Made by a program: the position numbers and the translations under genes. A DNA stretch of 63,234 bases, filler included, from Octopus bimaculoides (lineage: Eukaryota), in the NCBI RefSeq assembly GCF_001194135.2. It is 5 parts of 5 records of this genome, joined end to end, with 100 filler letters (N's around TTAATTAATTAA, not from the genome) between each part and the next. Parts side by side here need not be neighbours in the genome. Positions count along the whole stretch, not along the records: positions 38,215 to 59,499 come from NC_068987.1; positions 59,600 to 63,234 come from NW_026302763.1; 3 more parts are not named here. One strand, written 5' to 3'. Of the stretch, positions 51,313-63,234 are shown in pieces (position 1 is the stretch's first letter; each line of letters begins with the position of its first letter). Under the pieces are notes generated by a model. The model was not told the DNA's origin. It did no database searches and was given only the letters and a program-made list of their open reading frames with translations.

Positions 51313-51441
51313 CCTGCCGGAGCCTCGTGGAGCTTTAGGTGTTTTCGCTCAATAAACACTCACAACGCCCGGTCTGGGAATCGAAACCGCGATCCTATGA
51401 CCGCGAATCCGCTGCCCTAACCACTGGGCCATTGCGCCTCC
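51313..51441 (-). mobile_element. SINE family D, tRNA-like 5' head
   Basis: GGAGGCGCAATGGCCCAGTGGTTAGGGCAGCGG...GGTTTCGATTCCCAGACCGGG: clear A and B boxes, but it continues into non-tRNA sequence. Confidence 0.75.
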
Positions 51442-51796
51442 TATAAATATGAGACACCTTCAGAAAAACATTCTCTTTACTTGGCAAATTTTAGGAAGTT
51501 ATCATTTTTGTTGTTGTTTTTCTGCGATTTCAAACAGTTTAAATGGCTATTCTTTTTCTGTCAGTAACATTAAGATAACGTCTTTCTTTCTCTTACTCTG
51601 CCACTTGCTGACAACCAACTCGTCATCAATGGCGAACTAGCGAGAGCTTCACAACTTAATGGTAAGCTTATTGCACCAGAAGAAGATTATTTTACAGAAC
51701 TAAATGTATATTATTTCCATCTCGTCGCAGTTGGGATAAACTTCGTAGCGGCTAAATAAAGCTACGTGGAGTATAATCTAACTTTTGTTAATAAAT

Positions 51797-51845
51797 AAAG
51801 GCGGTGCTCCAGCATGACCACAGTCGGATGACTGAAACAAGTAAA
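51797..51845 (+). mobile_element. SINE family A tail only
   Basis: AAAGGCGGTGCTCCAGCATGACCACAGTCGGATGACTGAAACAAGTAAA. Confidence 0.8.
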
Positions 51846-52185
51846 TTTACCTAGAAACTTCAAGCCATTTAGAAATTTGCACCGACAAAAGCCTTTGCTT
51901 CCTTTTTCAAAGCATCCTGAAATTAAGCAAAGGAAGTACGTACTTGGGACATCAAAAGAAGTAAGGCACCACAGAAATGGTAAATGGTTTACGGCACACA
52001 TTCCAACTATGTCCCCTGGTTGATTCCGTTGACGTTTTGAAAAAGGAAGCAAAGGCTTTTGTCGGTGCAAATTTCTAAATGGCTTTTGAAGTTTCTAGGT
52101 AAATGAGATAGAGATGGAATGACTGTGCACTTGTCTCATGGACGTTAACCTGTGCGCGTGCACATACACGCACACACACGCACAC

Positions 52186-52247
<62 letters not shown>

Positions 52248-52700
52248 NNNNNNNNNNNNNNNNNNNNNNNNNNNNNNNNNNNNNNNNNNNNNNNNNNNNN
52301 NNNNNNNNNNNNNNNNNNNNNNNNNNNNNNNNNNNNNNNNNNNNNNNNNNNNNNNNNNNNNNNNNNNNNNNNNNNNNNNNNNNNNNNNNNNNNNNNNNNN
52401 NNNNNNNNNNNNNNNNNNNNNNNNNNNNNNNNNNNNNNNNNNNNNNNNNNNNNNNNNNNNNNNNNNNNNNNNNNNNNNNNNNNNNNNNNNNNNNNNNNNN
52501 NNNNNNNNNNNNNNNNNNNNNNNNNNNNNNNNNNNNNNNNNNNNNNNNNNNNNNNNNNNNNNNNNNNNNNNNNNNNNNNNNNNNNNNNNNNNNNNNNNNN
52601 NNNNNNNNNNNNNNNNNNNNNNNNNCTTGTACCAAGAGTAGAAAAGTATACTGTTATCACACTGTTGTAGTGTATTCGTTTATCCATAAGGATATAACAC

Positions 52701-52760
52701 TTCCTTCCTTCCTTCCTTCCTTCCTTCCTTCCTTCCTTCCTTCCTTCCTTCCTTCATTCC
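52701..52760. repeat. (TTCC)n microsatellite
   Basis: Direct reading. Confidence 0.95.
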
Positions 52761-53111
52761 TTCTTTCCTTTCTTTCTTCTTTCTTCTCTTTCTTCTCTTT
52801 CTCTTTTTTCTTTCTTTCATACTTTTTTCTCTCTCTTCCCCTTCTCTCACTGTTTCTCTCTCCATCTATCTACATACAGACAAAGATACACACACATACC
52901 GTAAACATACATATAAGAGATACTCAAACACCTTTCCTTTCAGAAGAAGCACTAATTTACGAAACGCAAGATATTCTTTACCTTTTATTAAAGAGTTAAA
53001 CCAACTCATTATCCATTACACAGTGATATTTCTTTGTCACTTTTACTATTTTCGACTGCTTAATGACTTTACTTCATATCTACCAACATAACATACACTG
53101 GTCTCACCGCG

Positions 53112-53180
53112 CTTATCCGTGTTCGGTGCTGAAGAGGATATAACTACTCTGAAATGCAAGCATCCACCTCTCTGGGTAGG
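53112..53180 (+). ncRNA. Type I hammerhead ribozyme motif with intact core and extended stem I
   Basis: Stem I GGTG/CACC plus distal CTTATCCG/TGGGTAGG; core CTGAAGA 53129-53135; stem II GGA/TCT; GAAA 53151-53154; stem III TGC-AA-GCA; AUC triplet, predicted cleavage after 53164. Confidence 0.7.
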
Positions 53181-53421
53181 AGCCGCATCGAACTGACTTG
53201 GTATGTTTACACTAACTTATATGGCTTTCTTACGGATTCGAAAATGTCTCAAGCATATTCGAACAGGTAGCAAGTTTATATTTGTCCGCATCACTGTTTA
53301 GCACTTCTAATCCATAAGGCCGGGCCACCGATTAGCGCAACCAGTCTCAATAAGCTGATTGGAATATGATTAGAGAGACCTGGTCTCTTGTCAGTTCGTA
53401 GTGCCTCCCTTGCTGGTATCT

Positions 53422-53465
53422 GGTACTGAGGACGAGATAACTACCCCGAAATGCATGCGTCCGTC
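53422..53465 (+). ncRNA. Second hammerhead motif, core intact but stems I and II decayed
   Basis: CTGAGGA 53426-53432; GAAA 53448-53451; self-complementary TGCATGCG stem III; GUC triplet 53459-53461. Confidence 0.5.
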
Positions 53466-53604
53466 GATCTGGGTAGGAGACGCTTCGAACTGACTTAGTA
53501 TGCCTACATTTACTCGTCTACAGCGAGAATATTTTGCCACAACAAAATATAGGGAATAGCTTGGCAACAAGTTTCTATTTGCACACATCACTAATATATA
53601 TGTG

Positions 53605-53742
53605 TATATATATATACACACACACATGCACATATATATATACACACGCGGACACATAAAAACACACATAAACACACACAAATATATATACACACACACA
53701 TGCACATATATATATACACACGCGGACACATAAAAACACACA
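53605..53742. repeat. Minisatellite of about 74 bp built from dinucleotide tracts, two copies before a gap
   Basis: CACACACACATGCACATATATATATACACACGCGGACACATAAAAACACACA occurs twice. Confidence 0.8.
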
Positions 53743-54183
53743 NNNNNNNNNNNNNNNNNNNNNNNNNNNNNNNNNNNNNNNNNNNNNNNNNNNNNNNNNN
53801 NNNNNNNNNNNNNNNNNNNNNNNNNNNNNNNNNNNNNNNNNNNNNNNNNNNNNNNNNNNNNNNNNNNNNNNNNNNNNNNNNNNNNNNNNNNNNNNNNNNN
53901 NNNNNNNNNNNNNNNNNNNNNNNNNNNNNNNNNNNNNNNNNNNNNNNTGTAAGTTTATATATATATTTATTTACACACACATATATATATACGCATGACT
54001 ACACCCGCATACACACATGATCATTTATAGTTGTCAAAATGATTTCGTTCATTGTATTTTAAAATAAAAACTTTGGTTAACTTTATTAACATATATTAAC
54101 ATATATTAACATATATAGTTGTATATTTGCGTCCTTGTGTATGTGTGTCTGAGGGTGTCTGAGTATTTGCCGGAGTGAATCTG

Positions 54184-54215
<32 letters not shown>

Positions 54216-54289
54216 GATGTTTGTGCAAATATTTCTGTAACCATCAATCAATAAATGTGTGAGCTAGCTAGCTACTATCTATCTATCTA

Positions 54290-54522
<233 letters not shown>

Positions 54523-54699
54523 GTGTAACAATAATATATTATGACTCTGACAAGGCATGACCTGTTTCTTTCATATTAGGGGAATATACAGGGGTCAAAT
54601 GACAAATTCTGAAGGGGACGAAAATATGAATGCTCTTGTAAGAAACATGTTGATATGTTTTAATAAATAAATAGATATATAAATAAATGCCTCTACTAT

Positions 54700-55124
54700 A
54701 GAGAAATAGAGATAAACCAGTTAATAATTATATTCATTAATTACAAAAACAGATATAATCCCTGACAGCTGATTCGATTCAGGCTTTAAAGATTTTAATT
54801 AAAATACTTAAATCATTGTAAAGTAGTGTCTTGTCTCGAGGTAGAAAAAAGATATACCATTACATTTTTATGTGTTAAGCGTACAGAATCTTTCAGCTAA
54901 CCTATTGGAAGATTCCGTACACTAACTAGCTGAAAGATTCCGTACATTTAACACATAAAAACGTAATGGTATACCTTTTTTCTACCTCTGATGAGATTGT
55001 ACATTATAATGATTTAATTATTTTAATTCAAATCTTTAAAGTCTGAATCGAAACAGCTGTCAGGGATTATGTTTATTTTTGTAATCAATAAATATAATTA
55101 TTAATTGATTTATCACTATTCTCT
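54700..55124. mobile_element. Fold-back palindrome, third family (arms about 54700-54899 and 54927-55124)
   Basis: Arms of about 200 bp are diverged reverse complements; the spacer duplicates GAAGATTCCGTACA from the start of the right arm; hammerhead motif in the right arm. Confidence 0.85.
54985..55064 (+). ncRNA. Minimal type I hammerhead motif with canonical core and long stem II
   Basis: Stem I CCT/AGG; CTGATGA 54988-54994; stem II GATT/AATC enclosing an AT-rich hairpin; GAAA 55050-55053; palindromic CAGCTG; GUC triplet, predicted cleavage after 55061. Confidence 0.65.
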
Positions 55125-55677
55125 TATTTTTCTTATATATATGTATACAAGAGTACCTCGGATTTCGAAAACGTCTGATCACGAATAAATCGTGCTTTAT
55201 ACACACACACATACACACACACGCAAACACACACACAGGTACNNNNNNNNNNNNNNNNNNNNNNNNNNNNNNNNNNNNNNNNNNNNNNNNNNNNNNNNNN
55301 NNNNNNNNNNNNNNNNNNNNNNNNNNNNNNNNNNNNNNNNNNNNNNNNNNNNNNNNNNNNNNNNNNNNNNNNNNNNNNNNNNNNNNNNNNNNNNNNNNNN
55401 NNNNNNNNNNNNNNNNNNNNNNNNNNNNNNNNNNNNNNNNNNNNNNNNNNNNNNNNNNNNNNNNNNNNNNNNNNNNNNNNNNNNNNNNNNNNNNNNNNNN
55501 NNNNNNNNNNNNNNNNNNNNNNNNNNNNNNNNNNNNNNNNNNNNNNNNNNNNNNNNNNNNNNNNNNNNNNNNNNNNNNNNNNNNNNNNNNNNNNNNNNNN
55601 NNNNNNNNNNNNNNNNNNNNNNNNNNNNNNNNNNNNNATATATATATATATATATATATACAAAACGATTTATTCAG

Positions 55678-56067
55678 AGGTGCGTGGTAAGCTTACTTCT
55701 CAACCACATGGTTCCTGGTTCAGTCCCACTGCGTAGCACCTTGGACAAGTGCCGTCTACTATAGCTGCGGGCCGACTAAAGTGTTGTGAGCGGATTTGAT
55801 AGACGGAGACTGAAAGAAGCCCGTCGGATATATATGTGTATATATTTATGTGTGCATCTTTGTGTCTGTATTTGTCCCCACACCCCACATAACTCGACAA
55901 CCAATGTTGATGTCCTTACGTCCCCGTAACTTAGTGGTTCGGCAGAACACACCGGTCGAATAAGTACCAGGCATACAAAGAATAAGTCCAGGGGGCAATT
56001 TTTTCGACTAAAGGCGGTGCTCTAGCATGACCGCAGTCAAATGACTGAAACAAATAAAAGAATAAAA

Positions 56068-56070
<3 letters not shown>
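55678..56070 (+). mobile_element. SINE family A, near full length
   Basis: Head CAACCACATGGTTCCTGGTTCAGTCCCACTGCG through tail AAAGGCGGTGCTCTAGCATGACCGCAGTCAAATGACTGAAAC. Confidence 0.9.
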
Positions 56071-56112
<42 letters not shown>

Positions 56113-57059
56113 AATAAGGATAAGATCGATATTTAAAATATTGATCTTATCAAGTGGTCAGCATGGGAATAAAAANNNNNNNNNNNNNNNNNNNNNNNNN
56201 NNNNNNNNNNNNNNNNNNNNNNNNNNNNNNNNNNNNNNNNNNNNNNNNNNNNNNNNNNNNNNNNNNNNNNNNNNNNNNNNNNNNNNNNNNNNNNNNNNNN
56301 NNNNNNNNNNNNNNNNNNNNNNNNNNNNNNNNNNNNNNNNNNNNNNNNNNNNNNNNNNNNNNNNNNNNNNNNNNNNNNNNNNNNNNNNNNNNNNNNNNNN
56401 NNNNNNNNNNNNNNNNNNNNNNNNNNNNNNNNNNNNNNNNNNNNNNNNNNNNNNNNNNNNNNNNNNNNNNNNNNNNNNNNNNNNNNNNNNNNNNNNNNNN
56501 NNNNNNNNNNNNNNNNNNNNNNNNNNNNNNNNNNNNNNNNNNNNNNNNNNNNNNNNNNNNNNNNNNNNNNNNNNNNNNNNNNNNNNNNNNNNNNNNNNNN
56601 NNNNNNNNNNNNNNNNNNNNNNNNNNNNNNNNNNNNNNNNNNNNNNNNNNNNNNNNNNNNNNNNNNNNNNNNNNNNNNNNNNNNNNNNNNNNNNNNNNNN
56701 NNNNNNNNNNNNNNNNNNNNNNNNNNNNNNNNNNNNNNNNNNNNNNNNNNNNNNNNNNNNNNNNNNNNNNNNNNNNNNNNNNNNNNNNNNNNNNNNNNNN
56801 NNNNNNNNNNNNNNNNNNNNNNNNNNNNNNNNNNNNNNNNNNNNNNNNNNNNNNNNNNNNNNNNNNNNNNNNNNNNNNNNNNNNNNNNNNNNNNNNNNNN
56901 NNNNNNNNNNNNNNNNNNNNNNNNNNNNNNNNNNNNNNNNNNNNNNNNNNNNNNNNNNNNNNNNNNNNNNNNNNNNNNNNNNNNNNNNNNNNNNNNNNNN
57001 NGGGAAGAGATAAAATCGATCGATGAATAGACTCATTGAAGGAAATGTAATTACGTACA

Positions 57060-57291
57060 TATGTATGTAGGTATATATGTGTGTGTGTGTGTGTGTATGT
57101 GTGTGTGTATGAGGGTGTGTATGTATGCGTTAATGGTAGTATGTTTGAGATTTTGCGTATGAAAATGTGTATATTCATGTATGAGTATGTGTGCGTTTGT
57201 GTGTGTCCGTGTGTGTATGCGTTTGAGTTTGTGAGTGTGTAACATTGAGCTTGTGCGTTTGTGTTTGAGTTTCCGTGTGTGCGTTTGAGTT

Positions 57292-57326
<35 letters not shown>

Positions 57327-57601
57327 ATGTCTGACTTTGTAAGTATGTGTACATGTGTAAGCATGCGCTTGAATTTGTGTGTGTGTGTGTGTGTGTGCGT
57401 GTGAATGTGTGTATGCGTGTGTGTGTGTGTGTGCGTGTATGTATGACGGCGTATTCCGTAATTAAAGAAATGTTTATAGACAAATAGATCCAATTATACT
57501 GTGGCTAAATCTCAAAGGGACGAACTCAATGGAGCCTTCATCCATTTTCAGTTAACAACCGTCTTATTGACCCGCGCAATACACACGAACAGGCGCGCAC
57601 G

Positions 57602-57636
<35 letters not shown>

Positions 57637-57786
57637 GCGTAGAAATACATACATGCCTACATTTACAGCAATATATGTAGACAAAAATACTCAAATACGC
57701 ATATAATGCACAGAAATACACACAAATATACAGATGGGTAAATACGTAGATGAATTTAAATTTATATAGTTTTATAAATATGTGTG

Positions 57787-57831
<45 letters not shown>

Positions 57832-57966
57832 ATGTATGTGTGAGTATGGGCATTTATATTCATCTCTGTATGTATTTATACATAACTATATATACAAACA
57901 TTCATCTATCTATCTATCTATCTATCTATCTATATATCTTTCTCTTTCCCTCTCTCATATATATAT

Positions 57967-58023
<57 letters not shown>

Positions 58024-58031
58024 GGAGAGAG

Positions 58032-58089
<58 letters not shown>

Positions 58090-58110
58090 TGAATGTTTGT
58101 ATATATAGTT
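57060..58110. repeat. Degenerate (TG)/(CA)/(TA)/(GA)/(TCTA) microsatellite-rich block
   Basis: Direct reading; accounts for ORFs 56150-58254. Confidence 0.9.
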
Positions 58111-58505
58111 ATGTATAAATATATATATATGCCTATGCACATACAAAAATAACTGTCTATCTGCTTGTATATATGTATTTGTATGTACCCATGTGTGTAT
58201 ATGCATGAACGACATACGTGCAAACATATTTCCAGAAGTAAATATATGCTCCACCGTTGTTAATTAAGCAGGACCATCTTTGTGAATTTAAAAGCTAAGT
58301 TCTGTATACACGGCATGAAATCAGACATATGTATTCACATTCACAAATCTATCTATCTATCTATCTATCTAATATATATATATGTGTAGATAGCTAGATA
58401 GACACAGAGATATAATTAGAAGAGGAACATCAAGGGAAGATGAAAGGGGCTAAATCGGCTTTGCAGGAACGGACTACACACACACNNNNNNNNNNCGCAC
58501 ACACG

Positions 58506-58541
<36 letters not shown>

Positions 58542-58629
58542 GACACACACACAGTGTGCGATGGATAAATTGTCGTACTTTTTATGTTTTTAATTTCGCG
58601 CATGTGCTTTGTTTTTGATTTTGTCAACT

Positions 58630-59160
58630 ACAGAGTATGGTAGGATTAGTTGAGCACTGTCTGTGAGAATAAACAGCAACATGACGCAATTCTCTCTCCC
58701 AGAAATTTGGAAACAACATGCTTGGCATTCGCGCCAGAATCTCCAAACGAACACTTTTGAGAGTGTTTGGGTGTCAATCTGAGGATAGTGAATGTACCGA
58801 GAGTGATAAAAATCAAACATCCAGTCAACATCACTGTGCTTGGAGTGATCACTAGTGATGGCGATGTTATGCCTCCATTCACATTCCCATACGGCCTCAG
58901 TCTCAACACGGAGGCCTACATCAAGTGCCTGGAGGAGGTAGTGCTGCCCAGAGTCAAGAGGGTGGCTGCTGCAAGAATCTGCACCATGCCACACAAGCAA
59001 GAGAACCCAGTCATGGCTGTCAGACAATTTCTGCGACCACTTCACCCCTAACATCTGACCACCTAACTCTCCAGACTGCAAACCCCTTGATTATTATGTG
59101 TGGGGCGCAGTTGAGCGAGAGATCAACAAAGCTCCTTGTAACACCAGAGGTGAACTGCAT
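58630..59160 (+). mobile_element. Internally deleted Tc1/mariner element of maT (DD37D) type
   Basis: KHPVNITVLGVITSDGDVMPPF...EAYIKCLEEVVLP, then SAPCHTSKRTQSWLSDNF...*PPNSPDCKPLDYYVWGAVE. There are 37 residues from S to the last D; the WQQD codons are deleted. Confidence 0.8.
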
Positions 59161-59239
59161 ATATGTATGTGTGTATATACATAACATATATAATATATAA
59201 TTATATGTACATACCGATATCTATATGTATACATACAAG

Positions 59240-59490
59240 CATATATGGGTACAGGACATCACAAAAAAACGTTAAACACAATGAGAAACGAAAACATTAA
59301 GACGAAGACAGAAAACGAACTTTATTTTGAACAACGAAAAAAACAAACACAGAAACGAGACATGCAACATAAAAAAATTACCCTTCTTCAGTTGTCCCTG
59401 CTCCATCTACTCCGCGTTGCGAAGGCAAGGACAATACGTGACTTCGTTGGAGCAGTCCTTCCCGCAAGCAAATTAATTAGAATTATGCAT
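59240..59490 (+). repeat. Family E interspersed repeat, second copy, ends at (TA)n and gap
   Basis: High similarity to 29875-30120. Confidence 0.8.
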
Positions 59491-59789
59491 ATATATATAN
59501 NNNNNNNNNNNNNNNNNNNNNNNNNNNNNNNNNNNNNNNNNNNTTAATTAATTAANNNNNNNNNNNNNNNNNNNNNNNNNNNNNNNNNNNNNNNNNNNNC
59601 TTTCTTATGTGTGTCTCACCTTGCTAACTATCAGCTATTTTGTATTTTTATAAATATGTAAACGGAATATATATATATACTATTGAACTTTGGGAGGGGC
59701 ATTATGCCAGCAATAATGAACATACGCACTGGTTCGGTCCTTTATTGTTATTGTTATTGTTAGTTAATGGGTTAGTTACTCTGTTAAGC

Positions 59790-60030
59790 AGTTTATCGAT
59801 CAGCCGTTTTTTTTACTAGTTTTTCAAACGCATATGTTAAACACTTTGGTCTTAGTCTGCCAGCTTGACCCTCTGTGAGCCTGAGTCGTCCAACATCTGA
59901 TTTGATGGCCTTGGTGTATAGCATGGAAGTGATACATTTCTTAATAAAGTGGAGCTGTCTAGTGGTTATTTTAATTTTTAGACAGCAGAACACGGTGTCC
60001 TTCAACGTTTTGCTAGCTTGGATGGAGCTT
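59790..60030 (-). mobile_element. Possible decayed RTE LINE 3' end
   Basis: A minus frame gives PRPSNQML...GSQRVKLAD*DQSV, weakly like the RTE C-terminus (RLPKQ-L...G-R--GRP--RW-D), followed by short tandem TAA-rich repeats. Confidence 0.25.
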
Positions 60031-60057
60031 ATCATAGTTCGTACATACATACATACA

Positions 60058-60114
<57 letters not shown>

Positions 60115-61749
60115 NNNNNNNNNNNNNNNNNNNNNNNNNNNNNNNNNNNNNNNNNNNNNNNNNNNNNNNNNNNNNNNNNNNNNNNNNNNNNNNNNNNNNN
60201 NNNNNNNNNNNNNNNNNNNNNNNNNNNNNNNNNNNNNNNNNNNNNNNNNNNNNNNNNNNNNNNNNNNNNNNNNNNNNNNNNNNNNNNNNNNNNNNNNNNN
60301 NNNNNNNNNNNNNNNNNNNNNNNNNNNNNNNNNNNNNNNNNNNNNNNNNNNNNNNNNNNNNNNNNNNNNNNNNNNNNNNNNNNNNNNNNNNNNNNNNNNN
60401 NNNNNNNNNNNNNNNNNNNNNNNNNNNNNNNNNNNNNNNNNNNNNNNNNNNNNNNNNNNNNNNNNNNNNNNNNNNNNNNNNNNNNNNNNNNNNNNNNNNN
60501 NNNNNNNNNNNNNNNNNNNNNNNNNNNNNNNNNNNNNNNNNNNNNNNNNNNNNNNNNNNNNNNNNNNNNNNNNNNNNNNNNNNNNNNNNNNNNNNNNNNN
60601 NNNNNNNNNNNNNNNNNNNNNNNNNNNNNNNNNNNNNNNNNNNNNNNNNNNNNNNNNNNNNNNNNNNNNNNNNNNNNNNNNNNNNNNNNNNNNNNNNNNN
60701 NNNNNNNNNNNNNNNNNNNNNNNNNNNNNNNNNNNNNNNNNNNNNNNNNNNNNNNNNNNNNNNNNNNNNNNNNNNNNNNNNNNNNNNNNNNNNNNNNNNN
60801 NNNNNNNNNNNNNNNNNNNNNNNNNNNNNNNNNNNNNNNNNNNNNNNNNNNNNNNNNNNNNNNNNNNNNNNNNNNNNNNNNNNNNNNNNNNNNNNNNNNN
60901 NNNNNNNNNNNNNNNNNNNNNNNNNATATATATATATATATATATATATAAATATATATATAGGTTTATTGGGTGTGTATGTGCGTGTGTGAGTGAGTGT
61001 GTGTCTGTGTGTATGAATGTGTGAGTCCCCTTGTTTGACGGACAGAGGTTATTTTATGTTATTAAAGACAGCTACGATGGTGTTGATATACGTGCTTTGG
61101 TTGATATACACATTCTAGATGATAAATAAAGCAATATGGAAAACTTTATATGCAGGAACGCACAGTCCAACCTTTCAGAAGTTTCGTTAGTCATAGAACG
61201 GGTAGTGATGAACCAAATGGAAAACCTAACAAGAAACATATGTACATTGAGATTAATTCTAATGTCACTCCCATTAAATTTCAAAAAAGATTTTGCTATT
61301 ATGAGTGAAAGTATCGGTTAACGCAACAGTCAAATGGTGTTATAAATTACTATTATAACGCATTAGATGAAAACCGAATAAAGAGGAAAATGTCAAAGCT
61401 ATACTTACATTGAAATAGTATAGAAATTATAACATAATCTGGTTCAACATCCCATTCGAATTAAACGTCATGTCAAACACAACTCAAAATTACTTATCAT
61501 TAAATAATAAATACTTCCGAGTTAGCCAGTGTCACTGCATATATTTATTAGAAATAATGTCAATGCCAGTTACAACTGCACCAATAAATAAACTGTATTA
61601 CAATGAGTAAAATTTACAGCATTTAGGCTCAATAATAAATACGTCACAGGTTGAACGTAGCTGAATGTTGCATGAGGTATCACTCCATTTTAAACGGCAA
61701 AAAGTTCGAAAATGAAACGGGTAAACAAATGGAAAACAATTAGTATTGG

Positions 61750-62108
61750 CACGTGCATGGTAAGGAGCTAACTTCCCAACCACATAGCTCCGGGCTCGGT
61801 CCCATTGCGTGGCACCTTGGGCAGGTGTCTTCTACTATAACCTCGCGCCGGTCAAAGTCTTGTCAGTGGATTTAGTAAATGGAAACTGAAAGAAGCCCGC
61901 CGTATATACATGTGTGTGTGTATGCGTACATATGTGTATGTGTGTGCGTCCTCCAATACCGCTTGACAACCGGTGTTGGTGTGTTTACGCCCCCGTAACT
62001 TAGCAGATCGGCAAAAGAGATCGATAAAGTAAGTACTAGACTTTCGATTAAAACTTCTTCAAGGCAGCCCCACACCCGGTATGGGCGCAGTCAAATTACT
62101 GAAAAAGA
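61750..62108 (+). mobile_element. SINE family A, near full length, degenerate
   Basis: CCCAACCACATAGCTCCGGG...GCACCTTGGGCAGGTGTCTTCTACTATA...CGCTTGACAACCGGTGTTGGTG...GCAGTCAAATTACTGAAA. Confidence 0.85.
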
Positions 62109-62690
62109 TAAAAAATAACTGATTAAAGATAGATACATGAAAAAAAAACAATAATAGTAGGGGTGGAGTCAGTTTTAAATGACGTTATCATAACCACAGA
62201 TCCACATACAGAAGCAAATGGATAAGAAACACAATAGTCTGAGGTATTCTGTATGATAATAATTGTAAGAACGTTGAGTTAGTATTTTTGTCACGAAATA
62301 ATCTGTCGTTGAGTGCTGTAAACGAGACATGAAGCTAAGTTGTTCTAATTATGCGGATGTAAAAATTCTCATTTCTTTACAGAGCTTATTGATAATTCAA
62401 ATAAATGTCAAGACGAAAATAATATTAAAATTCCTAATAAAATATATTTTGGCAAATTGCACCAAAAAAATATAAAAGCTGATTGGCGGATACGATGACC
62501 AACGGAAGTTTCAGGCCAATCATATGCCTACATTCTACTGTCTTACAGAATGTTGTCAATAATAGAGTAGCTCTTCAATTGACAGACTGTCTGATGAATG
62601 CTAAATGGTAAGCTAATTGTAGTAATGGAAAATTATGTCAGCTATAACTATAATATAGATGCGTGTATGAGTCAATGAAAACAATGGCAT

Positions 62691-63040
62691 CAAGAGTGCT
62701 CCGAGAGCGTAAACCTTTACCAAGGCAACACCAACGTCCTCTCAACGATTAGCCGGAGATGATTTTTAAAAGGAGAATATCTGAGATAAACTCGATAGCT
62801 CTCATAAAACGAGAATACTAATAATGAACCCGACCGCTTGCAAAAATTAAGTAACAAAACGGAAAAATAATCCAGAATCCTTGTCTGGTACCAGATAGCT
62901 CCCAAAATCTAACCAGTTCGTGCCAGTCACATCCCTGAAAGTTTCATCCGAATCCATCTTGCGATTCTTGAGATATCTTGTCTACGGACAAACAAACGCG
63001 AATGAAAACAATACCTCTGCCTTCCTTAAGGCAGAGGTAA
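62691..63040. mobile_element. Helentron/Helitron2-type non-autonomous element (HINE or DINE-1-like)
   Basis: Terminal perfect hairpin TACCTCTGCCTT-CCTT-AAGGCAGAGGTA (63012-63039), short (CAAA)n before it, a related CCAAGGC near the other end, and no coding capacity. Confidence 0.55.
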
Positions 63041-63234
63041 AATGTGTGTGAGGGAGAGATAAATCGATAATTGATACGTATTAAAATATTTTGATGTTTA
63101 GTATAACAAGTGGTTTGGCATGAAAATAAGTTTATAAGGTGAATCACACGTATACATACATTTCCACATACGTACACACAAGCGCGTACACACATATACA
63201 TACATACATATCTGTATATATCAGTAAACCAAGA

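Larger units (their letters stand above)
53100..53592 (+). mobile_element. Tandem diverged repeat with about 297-bp period, delimited by two hammerhead motifs (retrozyme or Penelope pLTR-like)
   Basis: 53125-53295 aligns with 53422-53592: CTGA(A/G)GA...ATAACTAC...GAAATGCA, CTGGGTAGGAG-CGC-TCGAACTGACTT-GTATG, and CAAGTTT...CATCACT. Confidence 0.75.

Noticed and set aside
51380-51441. tRNA gene (likewise heads at 38242 and 50930)
   Set aside because: A and B boxes are present, but there is no complete cloverleaf and the sequence continues into repeated SINE bodies.

Overview
AT-rich animal genomic window, very dense in microsatellites and scaffold gaps. The SINE families and the TTAATTAATTAA gap spacers suggest an octopus (O. 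bimaculoides-type) assembly; this is inference. No host protein-coding gene is recognisable, and almost every ORF in the supplied track is translated microsatellite or N-gap. The content is mostly transposon debris: about 30 copies or fragments of at least four tRNA-derived SINE families, CR1-group and RTE LINE relics, mariner (D34D), maT-like (D37D) and Tigger/pogo fragments, and a Helentron-type non-autonomous element. The most notable unexplained signal is a set of type I hammerhead ribozyme motifs from several unrelated repeat families. One is a tandem pair whose predicted cleavage sites lie 297 nt apart, resembling a retrozyme (53.1-53.6 kb). Three more sit in long fold-back palindromes whose arms carry Penelope-type minimal hammerheads pointing outward (22.3, 26.0 and 54.7 kb). 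All folds were done by eye and need computational and biochemical checks. SINE family letters A-D are my own working labels. Repeat boundaries are approximate.
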